Shown: in pieces, positions 26,955-38,600 of the stretch
Numbering within the stretch: the first letter of the stretch is position 1
Layout: the number at the start of each line of letters is the position of its first letter
NCBI GenBank assembly: GCA_951406725.2
Contig: OX597815.1
Span: 94,984,001-95,048,000 of the forward strand
Direction: 5' to 3'
Length of the DNA: 64,000 nt
Origin: Octopus vulgaris
Lineage: Eukaryota
The notes under the pieces: model-generated
Seen by the model: the letters and a program-made list of their open reading frames with translations, nothing else
What the model was told of the DNA's origin: nothing
Database searches by the model: none
Made by a program: the position numbers and the translations under genes

Positions 26955-27540
26955 TTTTGTCGTCATATCGTCTCAAATCCTCTTAGATGTCTCCCCTATA
27001 TATGTCATGTACATGTCTTTACAAGCACCTTCTATGCATCTTATGTTGTAGACTACATATCTAGTTCTACAGTTAATGCCAGGGCTAATCCTACATACCA
27101 TGCGGTTACCATTGGTGCATATGGTATTCTCAAAGAGGTACGTCCTATATAGTTGTGATCTGATGGAGTCTATTGTTGCGGTGCCTAGTGGGGTAATCTA
27201 TAATTACCTTGATACTTTGGTGGATGGAGTTAGATACTTGCTGGATACTCTCCATTATGTTTCTCTCAGTTTCTATATAACCGTTACTAGAGTTGATCTT
27301 AACTACGATATTAATGTCAGCTACATACCAACTGTAAAGTAGAAGAGTTGTGAACTATCTGTCCCACCAAGACATGAAGAGGCCGGCCACATCTCCAGCT
27401 ACACCGGTACCAATGGCTGCACCTTGAATCTGTATGTATAGTTTCTTAAACTTTCGTATTTAGTTCTTCAAGGTGGTTTTTATGCTAGCCCCTGATGCAT
27501 GTGCAATCATTCCCTTCACCTGATTGTTGTTCTCATGGTC
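26955..27540 (-). mobile_element. Internally deleted Penelope-like element (RT core joined to GIY-YIG)
   Basis: Minus strand: KLYIQIQGAAIG.GVAG.VA.LFM.WWD, WYVADINI (RYVDD-like), SNSIHQSIKV..DYP, then NCRTRYVVYNIRC..C....YIGETS. Confidence 0.8.
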
Positions 27541-27574
27541 TGTAACAAACACTTCAACAATAAACTCAAGTGAA

Positions 27575-28030
27575 TGAAACAGCAACAACAACGATCTCAG
27601 AATGTTAAGAATCATTACAAGTACCCAAACAATATTGACAACAACAATAGTGGTAATAACAATAACAACAATGCTAAGCACTCAAACAACTATAACAACT
27701 ACACCAGCATACAAAATCGAAACGGCTATTATAATAACAACAACAATAACGATGGTAATAGCAACAATTACAACAACTTCCCACACACAGACAACAATAC
27801 CAAACACGTCATCTATACCACTGCCAACAACATCACCCACATCAAACACACACACACACACATAAAAACACACAAACACAAACACACATGAATATGCAGA
27901 AGAGGTACATACAAACGTACATACATACATGTATACATACGTACACACACATACATACATGCATACACATACTTACAAGCATGAATACAAGCATTCATAT
28001 GTATGCGCACATACACTGACACACACTCAG
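27575..28030. repeat. (AAC/AAT)n and CA-rich low complexity
   Basis: Directly visible; explains the Asn-rich ORF 27574..27891. Confidence 0.9.
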
Positions 28031-28374
28031 GGGCACAAACAAAAAGAACGCAGCTTGAATAACGGACAGTCAACAACCATTGAAAAGGTTGCCAGAGGCA
28101 ACAAAAAATTTTAGGAAAATAAATAAGTAAATAAGTAAATTTTAACGGGAAGTATTGATTCTTAAAGGCACTAAAAGAGAATGACTGTCCCCAGGCACAA
28201 CAGAATATACTTCAACACACGAACTCACATAAAGAATCATGCAAGGCAAATCCCAAAACGAAATACACACACACACACACATATATATATACACATATAT
28301 CTGTGTATGTGTGCGTGTGTGCGTATGAAACTAGCATTTATAAATATATAAACATTTACATATAAGTATATGTA

Positions 28375-28416
<42 letters not shown>

Positions 28417-28424
<8 letters not shown>

Positions 28425-28942
28425 TATTGGTGAATTGAAGAAATGGAGCTGAACGAAGATTGAACAGAAATCGTTTTATTTCACGTGTTTTATTACACGT
28501 GTTTCGAAAGGCACAATTTACCAAAATCCGTGTTTCGAAAGGCACAATTTACCAAAATCCGATTGAATAATGGGACCATATTGTGTCTTTCTCTTCAGGA
28601 AGAAATAGGAAATCCGTTGGAAAAAAACAAAAACAGAACAGAGGCGGATTTCCTATTTCTTCCTGAAGAGAAAGACACAATATGGTCCCATTATTCAATC
28701 GGATTTTGGTAAATTGTGCCTTGTAGAATGAAACAAAACGATTTCTGTTCAATCTTCGTTCAGCTCCATTTCTTCAATTCACCGAATAATATTTTAATTT
28801 CAATTATCCGCACCAACGCACGGTTGCAACACCATCTGGTTGTACCTCCAACCGTGCTGATTACTGGTGTGATTTTTGCTACCAAGGTATCGGTTAAACT
28901 TTTGATTAATCTACTACAAGATTATTCATCTTTCTATTTCAC

Positions 28943-28946
<4 letters not shown>
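28417..28946. mobile_element. HHR palindromic element 1 (inverted pLTR-like arms, 28-nt spacer, 3' tail, between (TA)n tracts)
   Basis: 28417-28616 is inverted at 28645-28796; CTGAAGA at 28663 (+) and 28598 (-); GAAAC-ACGT-GTA on the minus strand at 28505-28494; 31-bp tandem duplication 28498-28559. Confidence 0.85.
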
Positions 28947-29008
<62 letters not shown>

Positions 29009-29150
29009 AGAGAATGGTCACTATGTGGCTCATTCTAGCACTAGAAAATCCAAAGGTTTCAACCACAAAAATACATGTTTCCCATGAAAGTCAGTACGAT
29101 TGTTAGCTCACACGAACAGGGCAAATAAAAAATAACAAAAATACAGATTA

Positions 29151-29232
29151 TTTTGGGACAATTGTTTCGCTATTAATGAATTAAATGTAATTTTTACTTA
29201 CAAAAAACCGACTTGTAGCTCCTCAGCCAAAA
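29151..29232 (-). ncRNA. Type I hammerhead ribozyme, canonical core
   Basis: TTTTGG-CTGAGGA-GCTA..(43 nt)..TAGC-GAAAC-AATT-GTC-CCAAAA. Confidence 0.85.
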
Positions 29233-29278
29233 CTATCTGGATGAAATCCACTCAATTGAGTGGATTTCATCCAGATAG

Positions 29279-29360
29279 TTTTAGCTGAGGAGCTACAAGT
29301 CGGTTTTTTGTAAGTAAAAATTACATTTAATTCATTAATAGCGAAACAATTGTCCCAAAA
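29279..29360 (+). ncRNA. Type I hammerhead ribozyme, canonical core, one stem I mismatch
   Basis: TTTTAG-CTGAGGA-GCTA..TAGC-GAAAC-AATT-GTC-CCAAAA. Confidence 0.85.
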
Positions 29361-29638
29361 TAATCTGTATTTTTGTTATTTTTTATTTGCCCTGTTCGTG
29401 TGAGCTAACAATCGTACTGACTTTCATGGGAAACATGTATTTTTGTGGTTGAAACCTTTTGGATTTTCTAGTGCTAGAATGAGCCACATAGTGACCATTC
29501 TCTTATATTTATTTTTATATAAAATATTGTAATATATTATAAAATATTATAATAATCCAGGTTTCTCGAAGCACTAGGCCACTTGGTGTTGAATAGATAT
29601 ACTATTAAATTAGTATCTAATTCTCTCACCCTTATTAA

Positions 29639-29685
<47 letters not shown>

Positions 29686-29732
29686 AATATATATGCATAT
29701 ATATGTATATGTATGTATATGCATATATATAG

Positions 29733-31060
29733 GCATGCCGAGAAACGGGGTTACTTTGAACAGTTTTAGACTTCTTATTGCAATAATTTCATAACCTTAT
29801 TTTCAAGCTTAACTAAATTTGACTATGTTAGGAGGACTAAATAGGTAAACTGATATATGAAAGTGAAATAAGTAGCAGTCAATATATGGTTAATTTTTTT
29901 TATATAATTGTCGCTGTTCAAAGTAACCCCTGATTTTGGGTTGAACAGTAATGTTCTTTTATTAACAAATACAAAAGAAAAGTCAACGAACAGCTTTAAG
30001 TATTATAGCACTAAAGAAAATGTCACGCAGTTATCAGTAAGTCATATTTTATATTCCCCATTCTTGTTCAAGATCAGGAAATCGATAGAAACCCCTGTTG
30101 TTTAGCGGAATCTCTTGTTTTCCTTTCTACCACATCTTCCCAGTCGTAGGCGAGTCTATCCTCTTTCAGTGGCCACCTCCACCCTACCTTTATGCATTTT
30201 GTTAATGATGACACAAGTGCTTCATTACTTCCGGTTGAGATCACTTGACCGGAAATGTTTGCTCTTCACACCTCACAATGACAATGTTTCCAACAAACCT
30301 ACTTTTTCTTTCTGTGTTTTCTGCTCTTGCCGTGCCTGAATTACCGGAGTGCCTGTCACATTCATTCATAGAAACATCACTATGCACAGAGTTTAGCCCT
30401 TCATCATGCAAATTCTCTTGTTCTTTTTCTCCGTGCTTCTCTATAACTGTTGATGAACTCGAGGCCATCATTTCACTACCAGAAGCACTGATGTCCTCAG
30501 TACTTATACTTGTGTTAGGGGGTAACGTTCAACCTCTCTTGTCTCTTCTCATCCAACCCTCTGATTGACTTTAGCATTCCCAACACAACATCCGAAACTC
30601 TTACATTGATGACTTCATCGCCTTCTTCGTTCATTTCACGGTCTGGTAGCTGATCCAAAACTTTGTCTGGATAAAAAGGATGAATTCCACATTACATGAA
30701 CCCCCTTTCCAGATTCTTGGTGTGAGGGACACTACCAGGAAAGAGAGCAGCATGCAGCTGTGTGAGCAGAGCAGGAAAAGCATCTTTAGTTAAGGACTTT
30801 GAATTCTTCCTGTCGTAAGCCTTCCAATCATTTAAGATTCTTCTCCAACTTTTTTTGAAGAGGCCCATAGAATGCCACGTCAAGTGGTTGAAGAATATGT
30901 ATGGAACTGGGTGGTAGCAGCTTGCTTACTGCAGGAAACAGCGATCGGGGTTATTTTGAACGGCGTCATGCTATACAAGTTTTTACAAATATACCAAAGT
31001 TATAAAAACACTTAAATAGAAAATTATTAGCAAGTTATATGAACATCATACTTTAACAAA
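29733..31060 (-). mobile_element. Decayed pogo/Tigger-like DNA transposon
   Basis: LPPSSIHILQPLDVAFYG-KKSWRRIL..W, F..LL..L, GF..CGIHPF (DDE_1-type C-terminus); repeated subterminal motif GGGGTTA(C/T)TTTGAAC at 29747, 29915 (inverted) and 30947. Confidence 0.8.
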
Positions 31061-31189
31061 AGCTTTTATCTTTTATGCAAGAAGTGCTTTATCTACTGAC
31101 ATATGTATTCATATCTTGCAAAAATGTTTGTACTGCCTCACCGGCGAACGCACTACCTAGGGATATTTTTTGGAAGACCAGTAGTCGCC

Positions 31190-31385
31190 CACGCATACCA
31201 GCCTTCCCTCCCCATGCCTCCGATGTTATCCAAGTGAAAAGCAAAAGCCGATACAGCCTGGTACCAGCCAATAGAGCTTAGCAACTCATTTCTACAGCTA
31301 AGTGAAGTGGAGCAATGTGAAATAAAGTGTATTGCTCAAGAACAAAACACACAACCCGGTCTATCTACTGAGCCATGCGCCTTAA
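31190..31385 (-). mobile_element. Degenerate SINE family C
   Basis: Minus strand TGTTCTTGAGCAATACACTTTATTTCACATTGCTCC matches 43838-43875. Confidence 0.55.
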
Positions 31386-31507
31386 CATATATGTATATAT
31401 TTATACATATATGCATATATATATATATGTGTGTGTGTATATATATATGTGTGTATATATACATACATGCATATATATATATATGTATATATATACATAT
31501 ATGCATA

Positions 31508-31554
<47 letters not shown>

Positions 31555-31939
31555 TACATACACACACAGACGCATATATATATATATACATGGAGAGGGA
31601 GATAGAAGTAAAAAGAATGATTGGTGTATCTATATATGTAAATTCAAACCAATTTATTAAAACGCAACTGTGTATTTTACTCATTAACTGCAATGTGAAA
31701 GCTCTGCACACATTTTTCACAGCTCCTTAATTAAATGCGAAAAACGTTATTCAGTTTTAAATTTTAATGAACGCAGGCTGTTTTTTATCAGTAATGATAT
31801 GAAATGTTGCATTAATTTAAGCGTAATAGACAGTAATTTCTGGAAGTGAAATACTTTCGCCATTCCCACAAGCATGAAATCAACTACATAATACATGCAA
31901 ATATATACATGCACATTGGAATTAATAACAAAATTTTCA

Positions 31940-33130
31940 TCTGATATAGGCATGGAGTTTGGCCCAATATGAATGTTAATATTTGGTTATAGATCGAGGA
32001 AAGTCAGTCCCCCAAACCCAAAACCCATGCATTAACGGGCTCTTTATCTATCCCATTCCACACAAAGAATATTAGAAGTACCTAGGCATAGACAGAAATG
32101 TATAATATGAAGCTACTCTGAATAAAGATAGAGTGACTCGAGAATATTACACCAAACTTAGGAAAAGATGGCAGTTGAAACTCTCCTCTTATAGCGAAGC
32201 AATATCCCACAGTGCTTTTGCAGTACCAGTGCAGATCCCAATATTTGGAATAATCGATTGGTCTCTAGAGGAAATCCACTCCATAGTTATTAAAACCCGC
32301 AAAATCCTGACAACAACTGGGGACTACCACAGAAACATTGATGTTGACAGAAGAAATGAATGTAGTGGCCTGAGATCAGTGCAGACGGCCTTCGAATGCC
32401 GTATGGTATCACCCAAGCAGCACTTGCTAAACAACAACAACAAAACCATTCTCTTAGACACAAAACCATTACATCACAGCACACTTTGAAGGCTGTGCGT
32501 TTGCAATCCAGGAACAGGAGATTGCCACAATGTACCTGGTGAAACCCCAAGGTGCAACCGCATGTGTAGGTTATGTCATGTTTCTGTGGAAGACATCACG
32601 CTTGTGATTAGCAGCTGTCCTAAAATGTCGTCATAGTACTACCTCCCTATGCGGCACGATGTTGTTGCTAAAACAACTTACAATGCCATCCGCAAAAAAG
32701 ACTGTCCTGAAATAAACTTAAAATCCCTCGTATGGAATACATTTATTAACACCAACTCAAGGAATACTGGTGGAATATTCCCATCAAAACTTCTGTCAAA
32801 TGTAAACATAACAGGTTGGATATTGTTATTTTTGGGGGACAGAGGGGAACCTTTGCCCCAGCATAGAGGTCAGCTGCCCTGCAGATATAAAAATCTCTGA
32901 GGGTATCTATGGACAACAGCTTCGAAACCTCCAGCTTCCATATCCAGATTATGAATTGATATTCACACCATTTTAAGTGGAAAACTAGGTTTTGTTAGTA
33001 AATGCTTAAAGTAGAATCCAGATTAAGTGGGATTTTCTGAAGAGAAATCAACCGGCTAATTCGTACATTACAAGTGCAATCTGTGAGTGGAAAAGTAAAA
33101 ATAGGCAAGACTTTTCTCAAGTTCCAAGTG
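31940..33130 (+). mobile_element. Decayed Dong/R4-like retrotransposon with internal deletions
   Basis: DIGMEFG, KYLGI, FAVPV..PIFGIIDW, AIQEQEIAT, CRLC...EDI..V.S.CPKM..YLPMRHDVVAK. Confidence 0.85.
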
Positions 33131-33236
33131 TGAATTTGTCTGTGTTAACAACATCCCAAAGATGGAACCTTGTATCTTTGTTAGCAACCGGCTTCCTCCT
33201 CAGTGGAAGATTTATAATTATTAAAAAATAGAAGTG

Positions 33237-33446
33237 ACATACATACATACGTACATACATACATACATACATACATACATACATACATACATACATACAC
33301 ACACACACATACATACATACATACATACATACATACATACATACACATATACATACATACATAGATACATACATACATACATACATATATACATACGTAC
33401 ATACATACATACGTACATACATACATACATATATATATACATACAT
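33237..33446. repeat. (TACA)n microsatellite
   Basis: Directly visible. Confidence 0.95.
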
Positions 33447-33935
33447 GTAGTTATATTTAAGAAATATACGAGAAAAATTCCTGTTTTCCCCCAGATTAAA
33501 GTTTGCACTTAGAAGTGCTCAAGAAATTCAGACGTGAGGCAAAAGATAACTATATAAGTGAAGATAATTCTGTCCACAAACAATGATCCAACTCGCTTTC
33601 ATCAATAGAATTGACATAGAAAAATCACAAGAAACACATACTTAATTGTTATACAGAATATATACAGCACAAAGATATGTAAAAAAAAAATATAGATATA
33701 TTAAAAATACATAAACATATACATACAGAAATATATAGGGTAACTGATACATTAAAAATATACAGATGTGAACATTGATACATAGATATTAATATATATA
33801 TATATATATATATCACAATCAAGGAATGGCCATAATAGGCCATTCACCCACTAGAAATAACAGCCAAAGCTTCAACCGCAAAATAACATTAATTCCGCAA
33901 ACCAGGAGAAAATTAAAAAACATTTACCCTGTAAT

Positions 33936-34038
33936 TTCTTATACGATGCACCGTTTCATCTATTGTTTAATGGTAAACTAACCTGATTAAATTAAATCAA
34001 GCCAATCTTCCATAGGCCGATAGATTCGTCAGTAAGAA
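33936..34038 (-). ncRNA. Type I hammerhead ribozyme, canonical core
   Basis: Mirror copy of 34352-34454. Confidence 0.87.
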
Positions 34039-34351
34039 CAGCCAGATCCGAGCAGATATTATCACGAGGCACCTCTATCCCTGCCTCGGCAATATCTGAC
34101 CTAAAATTTTCAAATCATCGCACTCGCGCCAAATTTATCCAAATTTATGGTGGCAAATAAATTCTACGAAAGTTTTTGCCACCCTATATTGATTAATTAT
34201 GAATTTTCTGGTTAATTCCGTAATGGAATCGGCGGCTTATATTTGCTGCCGATAAATTTGGCGCGAGTGCGATGATTTGAAAATTTTAGGTCAGATATTG
34301 CCGAGGCAGGGATAGAGGTGCCTCGTGATAATATCTGCTCGGATCTGGCTG

Positions 34352-34454
34352 TTCTTACTGACGAATCTATCGGCCTATGGAAGATTGGCTTGATTTAATT
34401 TAATCAGGTTAGTTTACCATTAAACAATAGATGAAACGGTGCATCGTATAAGAA
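34352..34454 (+). ncRNA. Type I hammerhead ribozyme, canonical core, extended stem II
   Basis: TTCTTA-CTGACGA-ATCTAT..(56 nt)..ATAGAT-GAAAC-GGTGCATC-GTA-TAAGAA. Confidence 0.88.
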
Positions 34455-34676
34455 ATTACAGGGTAAATGTTTTTTTAATTTTCTCCTGGTTTGCGGAATT
34501 AATGTTATTTTGCGGTTGAAGCTTTGGCTGTTATTTCTAGTGGGTGAATGGCCTATTATGGCCATTCCTTGATTGTGATGTTGAAGTTATAAATGGTCTA
34601 TGACTATTTAATTTTTTTCCCACTAGGCCGCTGGTGGCAAATAAATTCTACGAAATTTTTTGCCACCCTATATTGA

Positions 34677-34725
<49 letters not shown>

Positions 34726-35129
34726 TGGCCCAACTCACTGAATAAAAATGAAATTGATGAAAAGAAATGAAAGTTAAAAATCCTGGAAGAAAATAAAATA
34801 TTAAATGCCCTATGGACGTTTCTGGGGTTAATTGCCCGTAAAAATAAAGAGTATATATACTCATTATTGCGCAACGCCTCTTACTTCAGGGTTGATAGTG
34901 GTTGTGCAAGTTCAAAATTAGTAGTTGTTGAAATGCTACAAAACGTTTAAATAATTTTATAGATCAAGAATTCATAGAAGTTGAAGGCGGAGGTGGGGGA
35001 AGGGCGGAATATATTTTTAATGAATTTAATTAGTGATTAGAAAATGATGAGAGTTAGCTTAAATAGGTACATTGGTTCAATTATAACCTAAATTACGAAA
35101 GTTCGAAAATATTGAATAATATCTATGTT

Positions 35130-35600
35130 TGTATGAGTAAACTACGTCCGAAAGTTTATTTAGTAATAATGAATTCTAAGAACAGCGGATAATAAGGAAT
35201 TTCTTAATGCATAATTTATAGTTGCCCAATTTTGTGTTAAAAGGGGGAGCTCTCGTTACAATAGACGATGTCGGAGTATATTCTGTTTTTTTTTTAACTT
35301 AAACTAATGAATGTCTTTAGCTAGCGTAGTTGAAGTTTTATAGGATTTTGGAAAGAATTTAAATGTGCGCGATGCGCACCTTTGAAATCTGTGGTGCTAC
35401 CAATATAGGTCTTTACTTGTGCTTCATGTGTTAATACACAACATTTGTATATAACACTTTTACAAATACAAAATCCCGCTAGAGGATAACATTCGAGATC
35501 TCGACAGTTACAGGTTTTTTGTCTGCTAATTTAGCGTATAATCTTCAGTTTTGGTGGATTAGAGGCATTACGCTGTTGCATGGCCATGGTGAAGCGTTTA
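35130..35600 (-). mobile_element. Decayed PLE GIY-YIG endonuclease fragment (Nematis-like)
   Basis: Minus strand: CNCRDLECYPLAGFCICKSVIYKCCV....KTYIGSTTDFK..HRAHLNSF..STTLAK..IVTRAPPFN...KLC. Confidence 0.75.
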
Positions 35601-38600
35601 AATTGCCGGAATCTGATTCACATTAGGATTGCAAGTTTCAACTGCTCTGCCAGTGTAGTCAGGTCTAAAATAGTGTACTCTATCGGTCCTTGTGTGTATA
35701 ATTGCTTGAAATTGAATGTTAGATTTTTTAATTGATTCTATTATAGATCCTAAAATATTTGGTACTCCTCTGCCTTCTACCTTCAAATTAAATTCTTACT
35801 TTATTTATTCTTTAAGATTCTAAAATCAAATTTCCCACTACATCACAAGTACCATCTCATATTTAATAAATCAACAGTGAAATTTTCTTATTCGACTATG
35901 CCTAATTTAGGAAGAGTTAAGGGGCACTACTTTTCATTCTGTGACTGAGCGATAGGCGTGTGAATAAATACCAAAAACTTCAGAAATCGGCAGTGCTGAA
36001 AATCTTAATAATATATAATGTGAATTGGATATAACGACAGCAGTTTTGAATAAAATTCTATGCAGAAAGGGGAGGAATATAATGTTTCAAGGCTGCCACT
36101 TTGTCCAAGAGAAAATCATTTTACTTTTTCAACTAAACAGAAAGAATTATTGAAATCTACGGTCATATCAATTGCTAATGCTAATCACTATGGAATTCAT
36201 CTATCAAATAAGTTAATCGGTTGTGATCTGCTGGAATTATATTAACGTGTGGCAGCGAAAATCATTTATACACCCATCTACTCTGGGTAAACTTTGCGTG
36301 CAAAATAAAAAAGAAAAAAAGAGAAAGAATGAAGTTCTGTGCGAGTGTGTATGTGAGAGGAGTGATAATGTTCATTGGTGAGGGTAAAGGTGCGATAGCA
36401 GCTAGGGTGGAGAATTAACGGGGTTGGAGCATGAAAGGAAGGATTTGGGAAGTAATAAACTGGTGAAATATAGAAATAAACGAAGTACGAAATTAGTTTG
36501 ATGGTGACTTAGAAGTTTGCTTCGTGTTCCCGTTGCTTGCCCCCCGGGGACTTTATGTAATATGTCCAACTAGAGAACGCGAAAATATCACTAAAAAACA
36601 GCCAATTTTATAATAAACAAAACACGTCTAAAACCATAGACGTTATTACCACTTACATATATATGCAAATAACGATAGGAAATTTATATACGCTATCAAC
36701 ATTATGATGTGATCATCTATCATTATTTGATTTCAGTTTAATATTTCAATTGAATGATGATACATAATAAATTTGGACAATGTAATTTCCATTTTCTTCT
36801 ATTTACACGCGCACGCGCACATGCACACACATACACACAGATACGCACACACAAGCACCCACGCACATATACGTATATATATATATATACATATACATAT
36901 TATTTTTAGATAGGGAGCGACATATAGAGTGACTGAAAAGAAATCGAAATTCCATTTTCTAAATGCAATTTTAAACTTTTATGTTTTACGTGAAGAATAT
37001 TTATAATATATTTTCCTTAACAGTAGAAAAGTTTGCCGATACACATATTTAGCATTGTATTTATTAAATTTGTAGAAAATATCATTAAGATATTCCTATA
37101 ATAATACCTCTTTCAATACAACTTCTATCTATAAATGATTTTCCTGCGCAGATAGTTACAGGCATCACAATAGAGTTGGTTGATGGGTAATGATTGTGAA
37201 AAGACAATAGAATAGAAAACCGTTAAGCATATTACAGTTATATTTACAAAATTTAGATAGAAAAAGCTTATCGCTTGAGTTAATATATCATAACGTTCCT
37301 TAGATTTAATGAGGCGACATCTAGTTTTCATTATGTGTCTAACAATTGGATGCCATAGTCTACTGTAATAAATAAAATTATTATTTAATCAGGCTTAAAT
37401 GATACAATATACACTATCGTTTAAAGGTAGTTCAATAAATTTTATTTACAAACTGCTATCATTTTCTATCATGTTTGCGGTTTTCCTCGTGATGTCTGTG
37501 TTAAATATGAATGCAACACTTTATATGAACAAAGACATAAAACAACTATATTTAATATTGATCGTAATATGGTCAAATGAAAGTACTTTTTTTTTTAGCA
37601 ATATAATATAATTTACAGGAGAATAGAGAATTAACTAAAACATTTATTGGAGATTAGTGCAGGTATTAGTAGTCAGATCAAAGCAGGAAATACACTTTAG
37701 TAATATAAGATAAAAGGAGTGTATAACGAAAAATCACAAATCTAATACAGCATATTCATCTTTATTTACTTTTGTCGTAGCACTTCAATCTGTAAGATAT
37801 GAATTCTACTTTTCCCCAACATTACAGGATATTACACATATCTTCACCGAAATCTACAGAAGTAGACTTACTAACTTCCCAAACTTTGAGGCCATATCGT
37901 TGGAAATGTTTTTGTGATTTGTAAGCTTGTACTATTTACACTTTTATATTCATGATAGGGACTTCTAAAGTGAGTTGTAGCTTTCAGTTGACCTTTCATT
38001 TCTTGAATCAAAGGGAGTCCAATGAATTTCTGTATTTTACAATTTCTGATTTCCGACGTTTCATTCGCGATTTTCCTTTTGTGGTAAGAATAGCTACAAT
38101 CTCCAAAGATTCTATCTGACATCGATTTAAATACATCCATACTTGTATAGAATATACGCAACACCAATGACTATCAAATATTCTCTGAATAACATCAACG
38201 GCATCACAAAATAAAATCAAGTTACTACAAAATATCAGATTTTCCGACAGATGATGCATATGTTTAGTGCACTGAAAATTATATTACAGCTTCCTTAGGT
38301 TACATATTTTTTGTGAATAAGGATGAATTAATTGATTTTATCGACAAATACTTGAATACTTATTTCATCGATTGCAGAAGGGAAATCCTTCAATGCTCTG
38401 ATGTTTCTTTCAGTTATGATCAACATATCGAATTCTACCATATTTATAAGTCTACACATATTCTTACCAGTACTTGCCTGTTATCTTATTTTATCGGAAA
38501 GAATAAAAGGCGGTAAGATTCGAATTCAGAAAATGCAGGGATTTATATAATATAAAGAATTTTTCCCAGTGTTCAACCGATAATATGATTCCAACGTTGT

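Larger units (their letters stand above)
29004..29645. mobile_element. HHR palindromic element 2 (spacerless palindrome of about 505 bp plus 3' tail, between (TA)n tracts)
   Basis: 29004-29255 is inverted at 29256-29508 with one substitution and one 1-nt indel seen. Confidence 0.92.
33812..34684. mobile_element. HHR palindromic element 3 (328/329-bp inverted arms, 111-nt spacer containing a copy of its own 3' terminus, 3' tail, between (TA)n tracts)
   Basis: 33812-34139 is inverted at 34251-34579; 34148-34200 is repeated directly at 34632-34684. Confidence 0.92.
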
